Of a DNA stretch of 64,000 nt, positions 35,226 to 43,807 are shown piece after piece. The notes beneath the pieces are model-generated. The model was not told the origin of the DNA, made no database searches, and saw only the letters and a program-made list of their open reading frames with translations. This stretch comes from a virus (Duplodnaviria; Caudoviricetes), in the IMG/VR virus record IMGVR_UViG_3300009185_000001, positions 1 to 64,000 of that record; one strand, 5' to 3'. The position numbers were made by a program, and so were the translations under genes. Numbering within the stretch: position 1 is the first letter of the stretch; the number at the start of each line of letters is the position of its first letter.

Positions 35226-35506
35226 TTGTTTATTTCTTTTTTAAGTTGTGCTATCTCTTCTTTAAGTTTTTTATTCTCAAGAATAAGATCTGTAATGACA
35301 TCGTGTTGAGCTATAACAACAGGGTTTTTAGTATGTTTTTTAAAAGAACCTGACCTTACAAGTTTATCCAAAGTTTCTTCCGTATACTCACTAACCAAAT
35401 GTCCTTTGTCTTTAAACTTTTTCATCGCTGATAAATAGAATTTTTTGCTTTCTTCACTGTAAACAAAAAATTCCCCATCATGAATTCTTTCGTAAAATGT
35501 ATTCAT
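35222..35506 (-). CDS. Hypothetical protein
   Basis: Overlapping early-array ORF. Confidence 0.55.
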   Translation of the reverse strand: MNTFYERIHDGEFFVYSEESKKFYLSAMKKFKDKGHLVSEYTEETLDKLVRSGSFKKHTKNPVVIAQHDVITDLILENKKLKEEIAQLKKEINK

Positions 35507-35889
35507 AATAATTCTGGATGTTCAAACTTGTTCCCAATTACTTTTACTTTGCTTTTATAGATGGCATTAGAAAGATTATGTAACCACACATGAGCCAGTG
35601 TTCCTTCAACAGACACTGCTTTAACCGAAAGCAAATAAGCTGCATCTGCATAGGATACTACAGCGGTATATTTTTGAGAATCTTTGTTTGTCAAAGGTCT
35701 TTCATATTCTAAAATATCCCCTTCCCAAATTTCTTTATTATTGCAATCTTTCATTCCTGTGTATTGGGAAGGAACTAGAATACTCCATTCTCTCTCATCA
35801 AACAATTCATCAACAAGTCCATTGTATTTGTATTGTTGTACAAATGCTTTTCCCTGCGGACTCCAAAAACGAAATTTTATTGTTCTCAT
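35503..35889 (-). CDS. YopX-family protein, copy 4
   Basis: IKFRFW...QYTGMKD.N.KEIWEGDIL...KVIGN.FE.PELL; start moved to MRTIKF. Confidence 0.85.
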   Translation of the reverse strand: MRTIKFRFWSPQGKAFVQQYKYNGLVDELFDEREWSILVPSQYTGMKDCNNKEIWEGDILEYERPLTNKDSQKYTAVVSYADAAYLLSVKAVSVEGTLAHVWLHNLSNAIYKSKVKVIGNKFEHPELL

Positions 35890-36071
35890 CTTGCTTCTAC
35901 TATAACTCGGATTTGTTCTGGTGTCCAATTCTTTTCAATAGCTTCTTTAACAAGCTCTGCTCTCTTGTTTTTATCGTCTCTTTCTAATTTAGACATATAA
36001 CAAAGTGTAAGCAGAATACAACTAAACATAATAGCCATAAATACCAAAACAGGATCAATTTTTTCTTTCAT
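35886..36071 (-). CDS. Small membrane protein
   Basis: One TM; start moved to MKEKID. Confidence 0.5.
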   Translation of the reverse strand: MKEKIDPVLVFMAIMFSCILLTLCYMSKLERDDKNKRAELVKEAIEKNWTPEQIRVIVEAR

Positions 36072-36072
36072 A

Positions 36073-36351
36073 TTATTTTTTAATAAAATTTCTATAACTC
36101 TTTCCAAGAGTTTGTACATAATGAGCAAAGTCATCAATTTCTTGATCATCGTTGTCTACATTGTAAATGTAATCGAAAAGATATTCTTCTCCTTCTTGGG
36201 TTAATTTTAATCCTTTAGACAATTTTTGAAAATAATCTTCTTGAACGTCTTGGAGTTTATTGATGAAGGTTTTAACTTCATGGATTGCGTCTTCTGGATG
36301 TTTTTCTTCGGGTGTGTATGTTTTAAATGTATTATTTTCCATCGATATCAT
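36073..36351 (-). CDS. Hypothetical protein
   Basis: First gene behind the promoter at 36350-36379. Confidence 0.6.
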   Translation of the reverse strand: MISMENNTFKTYTPEEKHPEDAIHEVKTFINKLQDVQEDYFQKLSKGLKLTQEGEEYLFDYIYNVDNDDQEIDDFAHYVQTLGKSYRNFIKK

Positions 36352-36379
36352 TATAACAGTATATTGCCCATATTGTCAA
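36350..36379 (-). promoter_or_regulatory. Sigma70-type early promoter
   Basis: TTGACA-N18-TATAAT with a TG extended -10. Confidence 0.6.
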
Positions 36380-36419
36380 CACTAAAGTTAGAATAAAATA
36401 AAAAATTGCGATTGTCATA

Positions 36420-37091
36420 TTATTCGTGTTGTTTTAATTCTATTTTACCACTGTCATCAATCATAGCATAGGTAATCGGTAACTCACACTGAGAACCTAA
36501 ATTTACGCATTCTACTCCACCTACATAGTATTGTTTAGGAACGTGTGTATGACCAAAACAAACTGCATCATACTGGTTATTGTAGCAATACTGAGCAATA
36601 CGGACAGTTAAATCATGCGCTGCTCCGTGCCATGTTTTAATTTTAGTTTTAAGTTTTCTTGTCAGCTTTTGCTTCTTGTCTAGTTTTTGTAGAATATAAT
36701 ATATGCCAGACGCTAATTCTGTCAAAAACGGCTTTGTAGTAATAAAAAAATCAAACTTATCACCATGAGTAAAAAGTATTCTTTTATGGTTAATTGTTTG
36801 CGAATATTCATCTACAAATTCAAACCCAAGAAGAGCGGAAATTGTTTCTAGATCTTTATCATGATTTCCTTTAATAAAGATACATTTTTTATTTTTTGAT
36901 ATTTTTCTTAAAGTTGAAAGAATTTTCCATTGTTGTTTGCAAAGTCTGTGAATATTGTAACTATCCAGTAAGTCTCCACAAATTATTAAAGTATCATATT
37001 TTTCATTTTCTAGTAAATGTAAAGTCAAACTTGCTTGGCAAATTGGACTACCTAAATGTAAATCAGAAAGAGCTAAAATCATATTTTCCAA
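36420..37091 (-). CDS. LpxH-like (UDP-2,3-diacylglucosamine hydrolase family) metallophosphoesterase
   Basis: SDLHLG, GDLLD, GNHD, HGD.FD and GHTH motifs. Confidence 0.75.
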   Translation of the reverse strand: MENMILALSDLHLGSPICQASLTLHLLENEKYDTLIICGDLLDSYNIHRLCKQQWKILSTLRKISKNKKCIFIKGNHDKDLETISALLGFEFVDEYSQTINHKRILFTHGDKFDFFITTKPFLTELASGIYYILQKLDKKQKLTRKLKTKIKTWHGAAHDLTVRIAQYCYNNQYDAVCFGHTHVPKQYYVGGVECVNLGSQCELPITYAMIDDSGKIELKQHE

Positions 37092-37348
37092 GTTTTAGTT
37101 TCTACAGTGTCAAAACATTGGGAGCATGGTTCTGGATCGTGTTCATAATCATCATATTGAAACAATTGCACAACGTCTTGAAAGGATATAGAATTTTGTT
37201 TAATTCCTTCTTTTACTTTAACAAAAAGATAATCTAATATTTCTTCTTGTTTTTCTAAAGATATCTCAGAAAGAGGCTGATCATTTACATAAAAATTAAA
37301 TGCAGTGCAGCCCGTTACTTCTTCAAATAAATATTTAGTGTTTTCCAT
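37079..37348 (-). CDS. Hypothetical protein
   Basis: Early-array ORF; C-terminal CxxC. Confidence 0.55.
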   Translation of the reverse strand: MENTKYLFEEVTGCTAFNFYVNDQPLSEISLEKQEEILDYLFVKVKEGIKQNSISFQDVVQLFQYDDYEHDPEPCSQCFDTVETKTWKI

Positions 37349-37523
37349 GATATTGAATAATTTCTTTTTCTACGATTTGTTCCAGTTCTTGCATGTCTAA
37401 TTTGCTTTGGTCTTGTATATAATAACTAAAAACAAAAGCCAGTAATATTAATACAAGAATAACTAAAAAGAATAGGATTTTTTCAAGAATTGGTGTTATA
37501 TTCTTCATACATTTTAATAGCAT
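37335..37523 (-). CDS. Small membrane protein
   Basis: One TM. Confidence 0.5.
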   Translation of the reverse strand: MLLKCMKNITPILEKILFFLVILVLILLAFVFSYYIQDQSKLDMQELEQIVEKEIIQYHGKH

Positions 37524-37899
37524 TTACTGCCTCCGAATAAAAATTTGGACCAACTACAACTAATATATTTGTTTTAGAGACTTCTTGTAATTGCAAAACA
37601 ACTCCATAAAGTCTTCTCGCAATTTCTTCCAGTTTTTGATTTAATATCCCTACAGGTTCACAGCAATAACAAGATCCTTGAAACCCTTCTATGAAATTTT
37701 CTTTTTGTTTTTCTACAAGAATTCTACCATATCTTTCAATGGCTTCAATAGTGTAAGCGTCTAATTTTTTTAAACATCCATCAGCAGACAATCCGCTTTC
37801 GTAAAATGCAAACTCTTCAAGTTGTTTCTGGTTCATCGTGGTCGTCATTTTTTTCTCCTTTTGCGTCTTTTTCTTTCCAGTATGCTTCGGTTGATTCAT
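37483..37899 (-). CDS. Hypothetical protein
   Basis: Early-array ORF; true start probably internal (MTTTM). Confidence 0.5.
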   Translation of the reverse strand: MNQPKHTGKKKTQKEKKMTTTMNQKQLEEFAFYESGLSADGCLKKLDAYTIEAIERYGRILVEKQKENFIEGFQGSCYCCEPVGILNQKLEEIARRLYGVVLQLQEVSKTNILVVVGPNFYSEAVNAIKMYEEYNTNS

Positions 37900-38326
37900 T
37901 ACAAGCTACATAACCTAGCTTTCTTGCTTCTTCATAAGATAGCGTCATATACCATCCACCTTTTTTACACGCTTCTCCATGTTTACCTGACATCTCGCAT
38001 GTTCTGGCGGACTCTGCTTCCGCTTGATTAATAATGTCATCAATAATGTTATTTTCAATACTATTTGCACCATAGACACTTACGTAGAATCTTAATGTCC
38101 CGTACTTTTCCTTAATAGTCGTAGAAATAACCTGCACTTCTCTATCATCTGTTGAACAAAGATCGCAAAAATATTGAAGTTTCTCCATGCATTTATCTAG
38201 AAGATTATACCAGCCATCCTCATGTTGGCAGCCAAAATATAAAGCTGTTTGCATAATATCTCCTTTATAATCTCTGAGGATTTTAGGATACTTTTTTACG
38301 AGTTGGAGTTCTAGTTCTTCATTCAT
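37817..38326 (-). CDS. Conserved phage hypothetical protein
   Basis: YP..L...DGW..L...IKEKYGTLRFY...S..TCE..G; start moved to MNEEL. Confidence 0.7.
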   Translation of the reverse strand: MNEELELQLVKKYPKILRDYKGDIMQTALYFGCQHEDGWYNLLDKCMEKLQYFCDLCSTDDREVQVISTTIKEKYGTLRFYVSVYGANSIENNIIDDIINQAEAESARTCEMSGKHGEACKKGGWYMTLSYEEARKLGYVACNESTEAYWKEKDAKGEKNDDHDEPETT

Positions 38327-38333
38327 ATATCCA

Positions 38334-38361
38334 ATATTAATATATTTTTGAAAGAAGTCAA
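38334..38361 (-). promoter_or_regulatory. Sigma70-type early promoter
   Basis: TTGACT-N16-TAATAT. Confidence 0.6.
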
Positions 38362-38394
38362 TAGAAAAATACAATATAAAAGATAAATACTTAT

Positions 38395-39375
38395 ATGACC
38401 AAATTAAATAATACGGAACGCGAAGAGTTTATATGTCAAGCATACCTTAACAGGACGCACACTACAACACAGCTTCAACAAGAATTTAGAATATATCCAA
38501 ATGAAATATACAAAGTGTTAAAGAAAAACAATATAGAACTCAGAGGTGCAAATTTACCAAAAGAAAAAGCATTAAAAATTTGCGAAGAATACAAAAGCGG
38601 AAAAAGCTTCAAAAAAGTATGCAAAGATTTGAATGTAGCTGAATCTACAGTGATAAAAATTTTAAAAAAATATAAGGTAGAAACGAGAAAAGACGCAGGA
38701 CAATTTTCAAGAGTCTACAATTTAGACGAAACGATATTAAAAAATATAGATACCTTTGAAAAGGCTCAATTTTTAGGGTTGATATACTCGGATGGATCTT
38801 TATCTAAATACAATAAAAATATATCAATTAGGTTAAGAGAAGATGATAAAAACTACTTGGATGATTGGAGAATTAATTTTCTAAAATCTAATAAACCAAT
38901 GAATTATACATTCAAACCTATAACAATAAGCCCACTTAATAAAAAAGAATATAAAAATACTTATGGAGCATTCATTCTTGATATTTCATCTATAAACGTA
39001 TACAAAGATGCATTAAAATTGGGATTGTGTCCAAACAAAACTAAAGCAAACCTACCAATGCCAAACATTCCGGAAGAACTAAAAATAGCATTTATTTTAG
39101 GATTATTTGAAGGAGATGGAACTGTGGCGTATTGTTTAAGCAATAGAAGCCGATATTTTTCCATAGCTTGTCAAGAAAATATGGGATTAGATATCAAAAA
39201 ATACTTTGACTCTATTGGATTGTTTTCTTCTTTCTATAAAAGAAAATATATATGTACAGTATCAATCAAAAGAAAGGAAGATCTTAAAAAACTTTATAAT
39301 TTGCTCTATCAAGATACATCAATATACATGAAAAGAAAGAAGAAAAAATTTGAGGAAGCTTTAGATGCTTTTTAA
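38395..39375 (+). CDS. Free-standing double-motif LAGLIDADG homing endonuclease with N-terminal HTH-like repeats
   Basis: FLGLIYSDG and FILGLFEGDG; GATAAATA at 38382-38389. Confidence 0.85.
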   Translation: MTKLNNTEREEFICQAYLNRTHTTTQLQQEFRIYPNEIYKVLKKNNIELRGANLPKEKALKICEEYKSGKSFKKVCKDLNVAESTVIKILKKYKVETRKDAGQFSRVYNLDETILKNIDTFEKAQFLGLIYSDGSLSKYNKNISIRLREDDKNYLDDWRINFLKSNKPMNYTFKPITISPLNKKEYKNTYGAFILDISSINVYKDALKLGLCPNKTKANLPMPNIPEELKIAFILGLFEGDGTVAYCLSNRSRYFSIACQENMGLDIKKYFDSIGLFSSFYKRKYICTVSIKRKEDLKKLYNLLYQDTSIYMKRKKKKFEEALDAF

Positions 39376-39383
39376 TGTCAAGA

Positions 39384-39659
39384 CTATTCTTCCCAACACC
39401 AATTTTTATAATCCCAATGTCTGGAATCATAAATTCTCAGTCCTGCTTCAAATCCCAAAAAATTTAAAGTTATATTCAAACCGCCATGATCTTGTGCAAT
39501 TGGACAAAAATCAAATTCAAATTGAAAAATGTTATGCCCTGAATAAAATGTTTCGAATTCTACATTTTTATATTTAGAAAGTTGTTTGTAAAAAGAAAAA
39601 TACTTTTCAAACTCTTTTCTTGGCTTGCAAAAGTTTCTTAATGTTATATTAAAATACAT
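39384..39659 (-). CDS. Hypothetical protein
   Basis: ORF behind the promoter at 39666-39693. Confidence 0.6.
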   Translation of the reverse strand: MYFNITLRNFCKPRKEFEKYFSFYKQLSKYKNVEFETFYSGHNIFQFEFDFCPIAQDHGGLNITLNFLGFEAGLRIYDSRHWDYKNWCWEE

Positions 39660-39665
39660 TCATTT

Positions 39666-39693
39666 ATATTAGCTTATTTTTTAACAATGTCAA
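39666..39693 (-). promoter_or_regulatory. Sigma70-type early promoter
   Basis: TTGACA-N16-TAATAT. Confidence 0.6.
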
Positions 39694-39731
39694 TAAAAAA
39701 CCCTATCCGAAGGTTTGAACTCCAGATAGGG
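39692..39731 (-). terminator. Rho-independent terminator
   Basis: CCCTATC/GATAGGG stem followed by a T-tract on the minus strand. Confidence 0.65.
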
Positions 39732-39756
39732 AATATTATGTTTTATTACCGAAATG

Positions 39757-39978
39757 TTAGATGTTTACTAATCTTTCCTCAAATTGAGAAAAGTCAGGAA
39801 GATTTAGAATAACTTCGTCCAAGGTAAATGTAATGTCGTTATTTTCGTCTACTTCCATATCTTCTACAAGAGGAAGAATTGTTTTACATCTTCCAGAGTT
39901 GATGATGTCGATGTATTTAACATCGACATCTTTTTGGAATTGGATATATTGTTCTTTTGATGATTTGAATGTTTTCAT
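39757..39978 (-). CDS. Hypothetical protein
   Basis: Co-directional with the upstream Ig-repeat gene. Confidence 0.55.
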   Translation of the reverse strand: MKTFKSSKEQYIQFQKDVDVKYIDIINSGRCKTILPLVEDMEVDENNDITFTLDEVILNLPDFSQFEERLVNI

Positions 39979-39987
39979 AGTTTTATA

Positions 39988-41721
39988 TTAAAAAGATACG
40001 CTGCCATTAAGAGTGCTTGCTTTCAAATAATTCATCACTTGTAGTCTTTCATAATCTGTATGGATTGCTTTGTAAACTAAAACGTGATATATAGTTGTAT
40101 CTGCAAGAGTTTGTGTGGCAGACGAAAATAGTCTTCCTCCTAATGTAAAGGAGTTTGGTTGATTCGTGTTATTTAACCCTGTTCCAATACCAGTTGCTGC
40201 ATACGATTGTATTGTTTCACCACCATATTGTTTTTTATAGACATTTCCATTACCATTATTGAAATTAGCACTAACGATAATTGGTAAATTGTCGCGATTA
40301 GATGTCTCAATATCAGTCACTCTTGATGTTCCGTTAGATATTCTAAATGCACCAATGTTGTTGATGCCAAAAGAGAATCTGTGAGTTGTCGGAGTCGTAA
40401 AATTTCCAAATCTTACTATAGGAGTTTCTGTTCCAGATGTTATAAAGAAATTCTTACCAACAATATAATAGGTCAGAGGGCCATTAATATTAAGAAATTC
40501 ATTGCTAAATACAGATAACTCTCCCATGGCTTTATTATTAAAATACAAACCTTTGTCAGCAAGAACTGCAGGTTGAAGGCTAAGAGTACTTTGTGGCAAG
40601 AATTTGTTGCCATATCTACTGCTCCAAACCCTAACTCCATCTCCTTCAACTGCTGGTGTATAGTTGGTATCTTTATATACGCCCGTTCTGTAATCCCAGT
40701 GAGCAATAAGATCAGTTAAATCTTCAGGCGAGAATGGTCTAGAAGAATCAATTACTTGGAATTCATAAAAGTTGTCTTCTCCGTTGATAGTCGCTCTGTT
40801 GTCCAGAGCTAACTTAAGAGTTTCACTTCCTTCTGTCAATACGTCATTAGCAAGAGTAATTGATGTTGTTGCTGTGTTATTGTTAACAGTAAAGTTTCCG
40901 GTTACTAAACCAGAAGAAAGATCTTCTTGAGTTATTCCGGTAATTGTATAAGGAACGAGAGTGCCGTTTGATACGTTGGTTGTATTCAATGTAAATGTTA
41001 CTGTTGTTCCTTCGTTAATATTGCCATTATTGTCGGCTGTTACAGCATAAGTTGGAGTTCTTGATGTATCATTGACGGTTACAGCCACAGAACCGACAGA
41101 AGTGCTTAAGGTAGCAGTTTCGGTTCCTTCTGTAAGAACGTCATTTGCAAGAGTAATAGAAGTGCTTGCAGAACCATTAGAAACAGTGAAAGATCCTGTC
41201 AAAGAACCAGAGCTTAAATCACCAGAAGAGATACCAGAGATTACGTAAGGAACAGAAGTTCCATTAGCAACATTTGCAGTGCTTAAGGTAAATGTAACAG
41301 AAGATCCTTCATTAACTGAAGCAGAGCTAGAAGTTAATGAGTAAAGTGGAGTCTTAGAAGTATCATTAACAGTTACAGAATCAAAATCTGCTACGTTATC
41401 AAGTGTTAATGTGGCTGTTTCAGCACCTTCTGTTAATTGATCAGCAGTTGCTGTAATAGTAACTGTTGCGGTGTTGTTATTAATCGTGAAGTTACCTGTT
41501 AATGTTCCGCTTGTTATATCAGCAGCAGAAATGCCAGTGATTGTATAAGGGACCTCTGTTCCGTTTGCTACGTTGGTTGTTGTGAGAGTAAAAGTAACAG
41601 AAGCTCCTTCGTCTACAGAACTTACGCTTTTTTCGATAGAATAAGTTGGTTCTGGTTCTGATAAATCAAAGAAAGCTTTGCCTTGAATTTTAGTGTTTCC
41701 AAATAGTTTAATGTTTGCCAT
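39988..41721 (-). CDS. Ig-like (Calx-beta-like) repeat protein with C-terminal LamG/ConA-like domain; probable virion surface protein
   Basis: Three repeats of about 97 aa (SV.EG..VTFTL.T.NV.NGT.VPY.I.GI...D...G..TG.F.V.N) followed by a LIAHWD...V..W...G domain. Confidence 0.7.
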   Translation of the reverse strand: MANIKLFGNTKIQGKAFFDLSEPEPTYSIEKSVSSVDEGASVTFTLTTTNVANGTEVPYTITGISAADITSGTLTGNFTINNNTATVTITATADQLTEGAETATLTLDNVADFDSVTVNDTSKTPLYSLTSSSASVNEGSSVTFTLSTANVANGTSVPYVISGISSGDLSSGSLTGSFTVSNGSASTSITLANDVLTEGTETATLSTSVGSVAVTVNDTSRTPTYAVTADNNGNINEGTTVTFTLNTTNVSNGTLVPYTITGITQEDLSSGLVTGNFTVNNNTATTSITLANDVLTEGSETLKLALDNRATINGEDNFYEFQVIDSSRPFSPEDLTDLIAHWDYRTGVYKDTNYTPAVEGDGVRVWSSRYGNKFLPQSTLSLQPAVLADKGLYFNNKAMGELSVFSNEFLNINGPLTYYIVGKNFFITSGTETPIVRFGNFTTPTTHRFSFGINNIGAFRISNGTSRVTDIETSNRDNLPIIVSANFNNGNGNVYKKQYGGETIQSYAATGIGTGLNNTNQPNSFTLGGRLFSSATQTLADTTIYHVLVYKAIHTDYERLQVMNYLKASTLNGSVSF

Positions 41722-41801
41722 AATATTTTAAAAATTGTTTCTTTTGTTTGTGTACTTTATGTACACGATTACTTATTCTTTTTGAGAGTCTTTTTTTCAG
41801 A

Positions 41802-42188
41802 TTATTTTAAAAATTCTGCGAAATAAACGTCTCTGTCCTCAAATCTAACTCTAACTGCTTCCTTTGCAATCTGTAGAGGATTGTCTTTAAATGCGCGAAC
41901 TCTATAACTGCCCCAAAAATCATAAGTCCAGAGTTTATTTTGTCCTTTTGGGTACATATATACCACAATTGCATGACCATTTTGTTTTAGAGTCTTTTTG
42001 TCAATCCATTCATACCTAAGAACTTCGGACCAAACATCATATTTTTGCAAGCCTTCTCTGAAAGCAATTGCTGTGGGAAGACAGGCATTTTTTTGATTTG
42101 CCATCCAAGATTCTGAATTTGTTGGTGTTGTGGAGCAGGACATCAAGCTGGCTCCAATTAATGCTAACAGTGTATTTTGTATTTTCAT
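41802..42188 (-). CDS. Lipoprotein with putative Cys-His-Asp (papain/transglutaminase-like) triad
   Basis: Lipobox LMSC; NACLP, GHAIVV, WTYD. Confidence 0.5.
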   Translation of the reverse strand: MKIQNTLLALIGASLMSCSTTPTNSESWMANQKNACLPTAIAFREGLQKYDVWSEVLRYEWIDKKTLKQNGHAIVVYMYPKGQNKLWTYDFWGSYRVRAFKDNPLQIAKEAVRVRFEDRDVYFAEFLK

Positions 42189-42197
42189 ATTAATTAT

Positions 42198-42410
42198 TTA
42201 TCTTAATATAATGATCGCTTTGGTTTTTAGTAATTCTGCTTCCCTGCAATCGTCGTATTCTCCATAATACCATGCTCTTTTAAATGGACCACATACTTCC
42301 ATTTGTTTTGTTCCTGTGGGTATGGCATAACCGTCTTCATATCCATTTACTAAGATGAGTGTTTCGGGATCTAGTTTTTGCAATATTTCAATTAGTTCTT
42401 TGGCTTTCAT
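42198..42410 (-). CDS. Hypothetical protein
   Basis: MK.KELIE.L.KLDP...I.V.GYE.G phage motif. Confidence 0.6.
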   Translation of the reverse strand: MKAKELIEILQKLDPETLILVNGYEDGYAIPTGTKQMEVCGPFKRAWYYGEYDDCREAELLKTKAIIILR

Positions 42411-43485
42411 AATTTTGATTTATAAGTTTCGTCCACTGTTCTTTTGTTATTATTTTACCATCTAAAACAGAAAATACAAATGAAGAATTTTCTTTAAAAT
42501 TTCTTTTGATCATTAATGCCTGTTCTTTTCTGGTTTCGACTGTTCTTATATCATGCACTACTTCTAGGATATGGTCAATATATTTTTTTGATTTTTCTCC
42601 TGCTTCGCAAATTTTTTCTAGTTCATGTCTTAGTTGAACTGCGATTTCATAGTCAAATTCAGTTTCGATTGTCTCGTAAAAGTCTTCATAAGGAGGCATT
42701 TCTTTTTCTATATAATAATCAATAAGGTTCTTGGTAGAACTAAGTTGTGATTTAACACGATGTATAAAAAGATACCAATCCGACTTTAATTTGATTCTAT
42801 TTTGTCCATTATTATACGAAACAACAATACCCTCTTTACCTTTCCAAAATTTTATACTTTCAGCAATTTTGGAAAGATCATTAGTATCTAAAAAATTATA
42901 AAGTTGAGGTATAGGAATTGGTCCAATCTTTCTCCATATTTCTAATAAATCAGAAGAAGAAACAATTTCCATACTATTTTTATTGATCGCACCCAAGAGA
43001 TAAAATTCTATCTGTGGTGATCTAATAACTATTACATTATTAGGAGTTACGATCTCAAACAATAAACTAAGATGTTGATTTTCTTTTAAGAACTCGACTA
43101 TAGTTGGATACTTTTGAGTTAGTAATTCAAAATCCTTTGCGTTTTTTTGAGTAACATAACTTACTGTTCCCCTAGTTCTCATAGAAAATTGATCATTTAC
43201 AAAATCAGCGATTAAAAGGGAACCATCCTTTTTCTCTTCATATTTCCAATCATTGTATTGTTCGGGATTTGGATAACAATCTGGTTTCTCTCCATAGTTA
43301 AAAAACTTAGGCCAACCAGAAGACAATACATTTCCTTCTCTATCAACAATTAAAGATCTATAAAAAAGGTTATTTTTATTCCATTTCGCATCAATTTCCG
43401 GTGTTATCAGCCAGCAATACAATCCGCAGAATTCATCTGGAGTGATATTAAAACACCCTTCTTCTATAGGAAGACTAACTTTCAT
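42388..43485 (-). CDS. rnlA: RNA ligase 1 (T4 RnlA-like)
   Basis: KFFNY.E, EK.DGSL (motif I), FE...P.N, EGIV, KLKSDWY. Confidence 0.8.
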   Translation of the reverse strand: MKVSLPIEEGCFNITPDEFCGLYCWLITPEIDAKWNKNNLFYRSLIVDREGNVLSSGWPKFFNYGEKPDCYPNPEQYNDWKYEEKKDGSLLIADFVNDQFSMRTRGTVSYVTQKNAKDFELLTQKYPTIVEFLKENQHLSLLFEIVTPNNVIVIRSPQIEFYLLGAINKNSMEIVSSSDLLEIWRKIGPIPIPQLYNFLDTNDLSKIAESIKFWKGKEGIVVSYNNGQNRIKLKSDWYLFIHRVKSQLSSTKNLIDYYIEKEMPPYEDFYETIETEFDYEIAVQLRHELEKICEAGEKSKKYIDHILEVVHDIRTVETRKEQALMIKRNFKENSSFVFSVLDGKIITKEQWTKLINQNYESQRTN

Positions 43486-43573
43486 CTAATAATACTATTT
43501 TAAAACAACCATCAACCAGTAATACAGTATTGATGCTAGAAGAAATGTTATTGCTGCTAAAATGTTTTTTGTT

Positions 43574-43807
43574 CTATTTTTCATTTCTTCGATAATTTCT
43601 CCAATTAGTCCTATGTTTTAAAATCCAATCAATTAAAGCAGTACTATAACCAATATCATAGCCTTTCTTTTCACTCTCTAACCATTTGTGTTTCATTACC
43701 TCTTCCTTTTCTTCTACGAATTCCCTATAAATCGAGGAATTATAAAAAGAAAATTCAGCAGCTACGACTGTTTCTTTCACTATACTACTTATCTTTTTAA
43801 AAATCAT
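43574..43807 (-). CDS. DUF4032-like small protein
   Basis: YREF..E.EE..KHKW.ESEK.G.DIG...AL.DW..KH...WR. Confidence 0.7.
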   Translation of the reverse strand: MIFKKISSIVKETVVAAEFSFYNSSIYREFVEEKEEVMKHKWLESEKKGYDIGYSTALIDWILKHRTNWRNYRRNEK

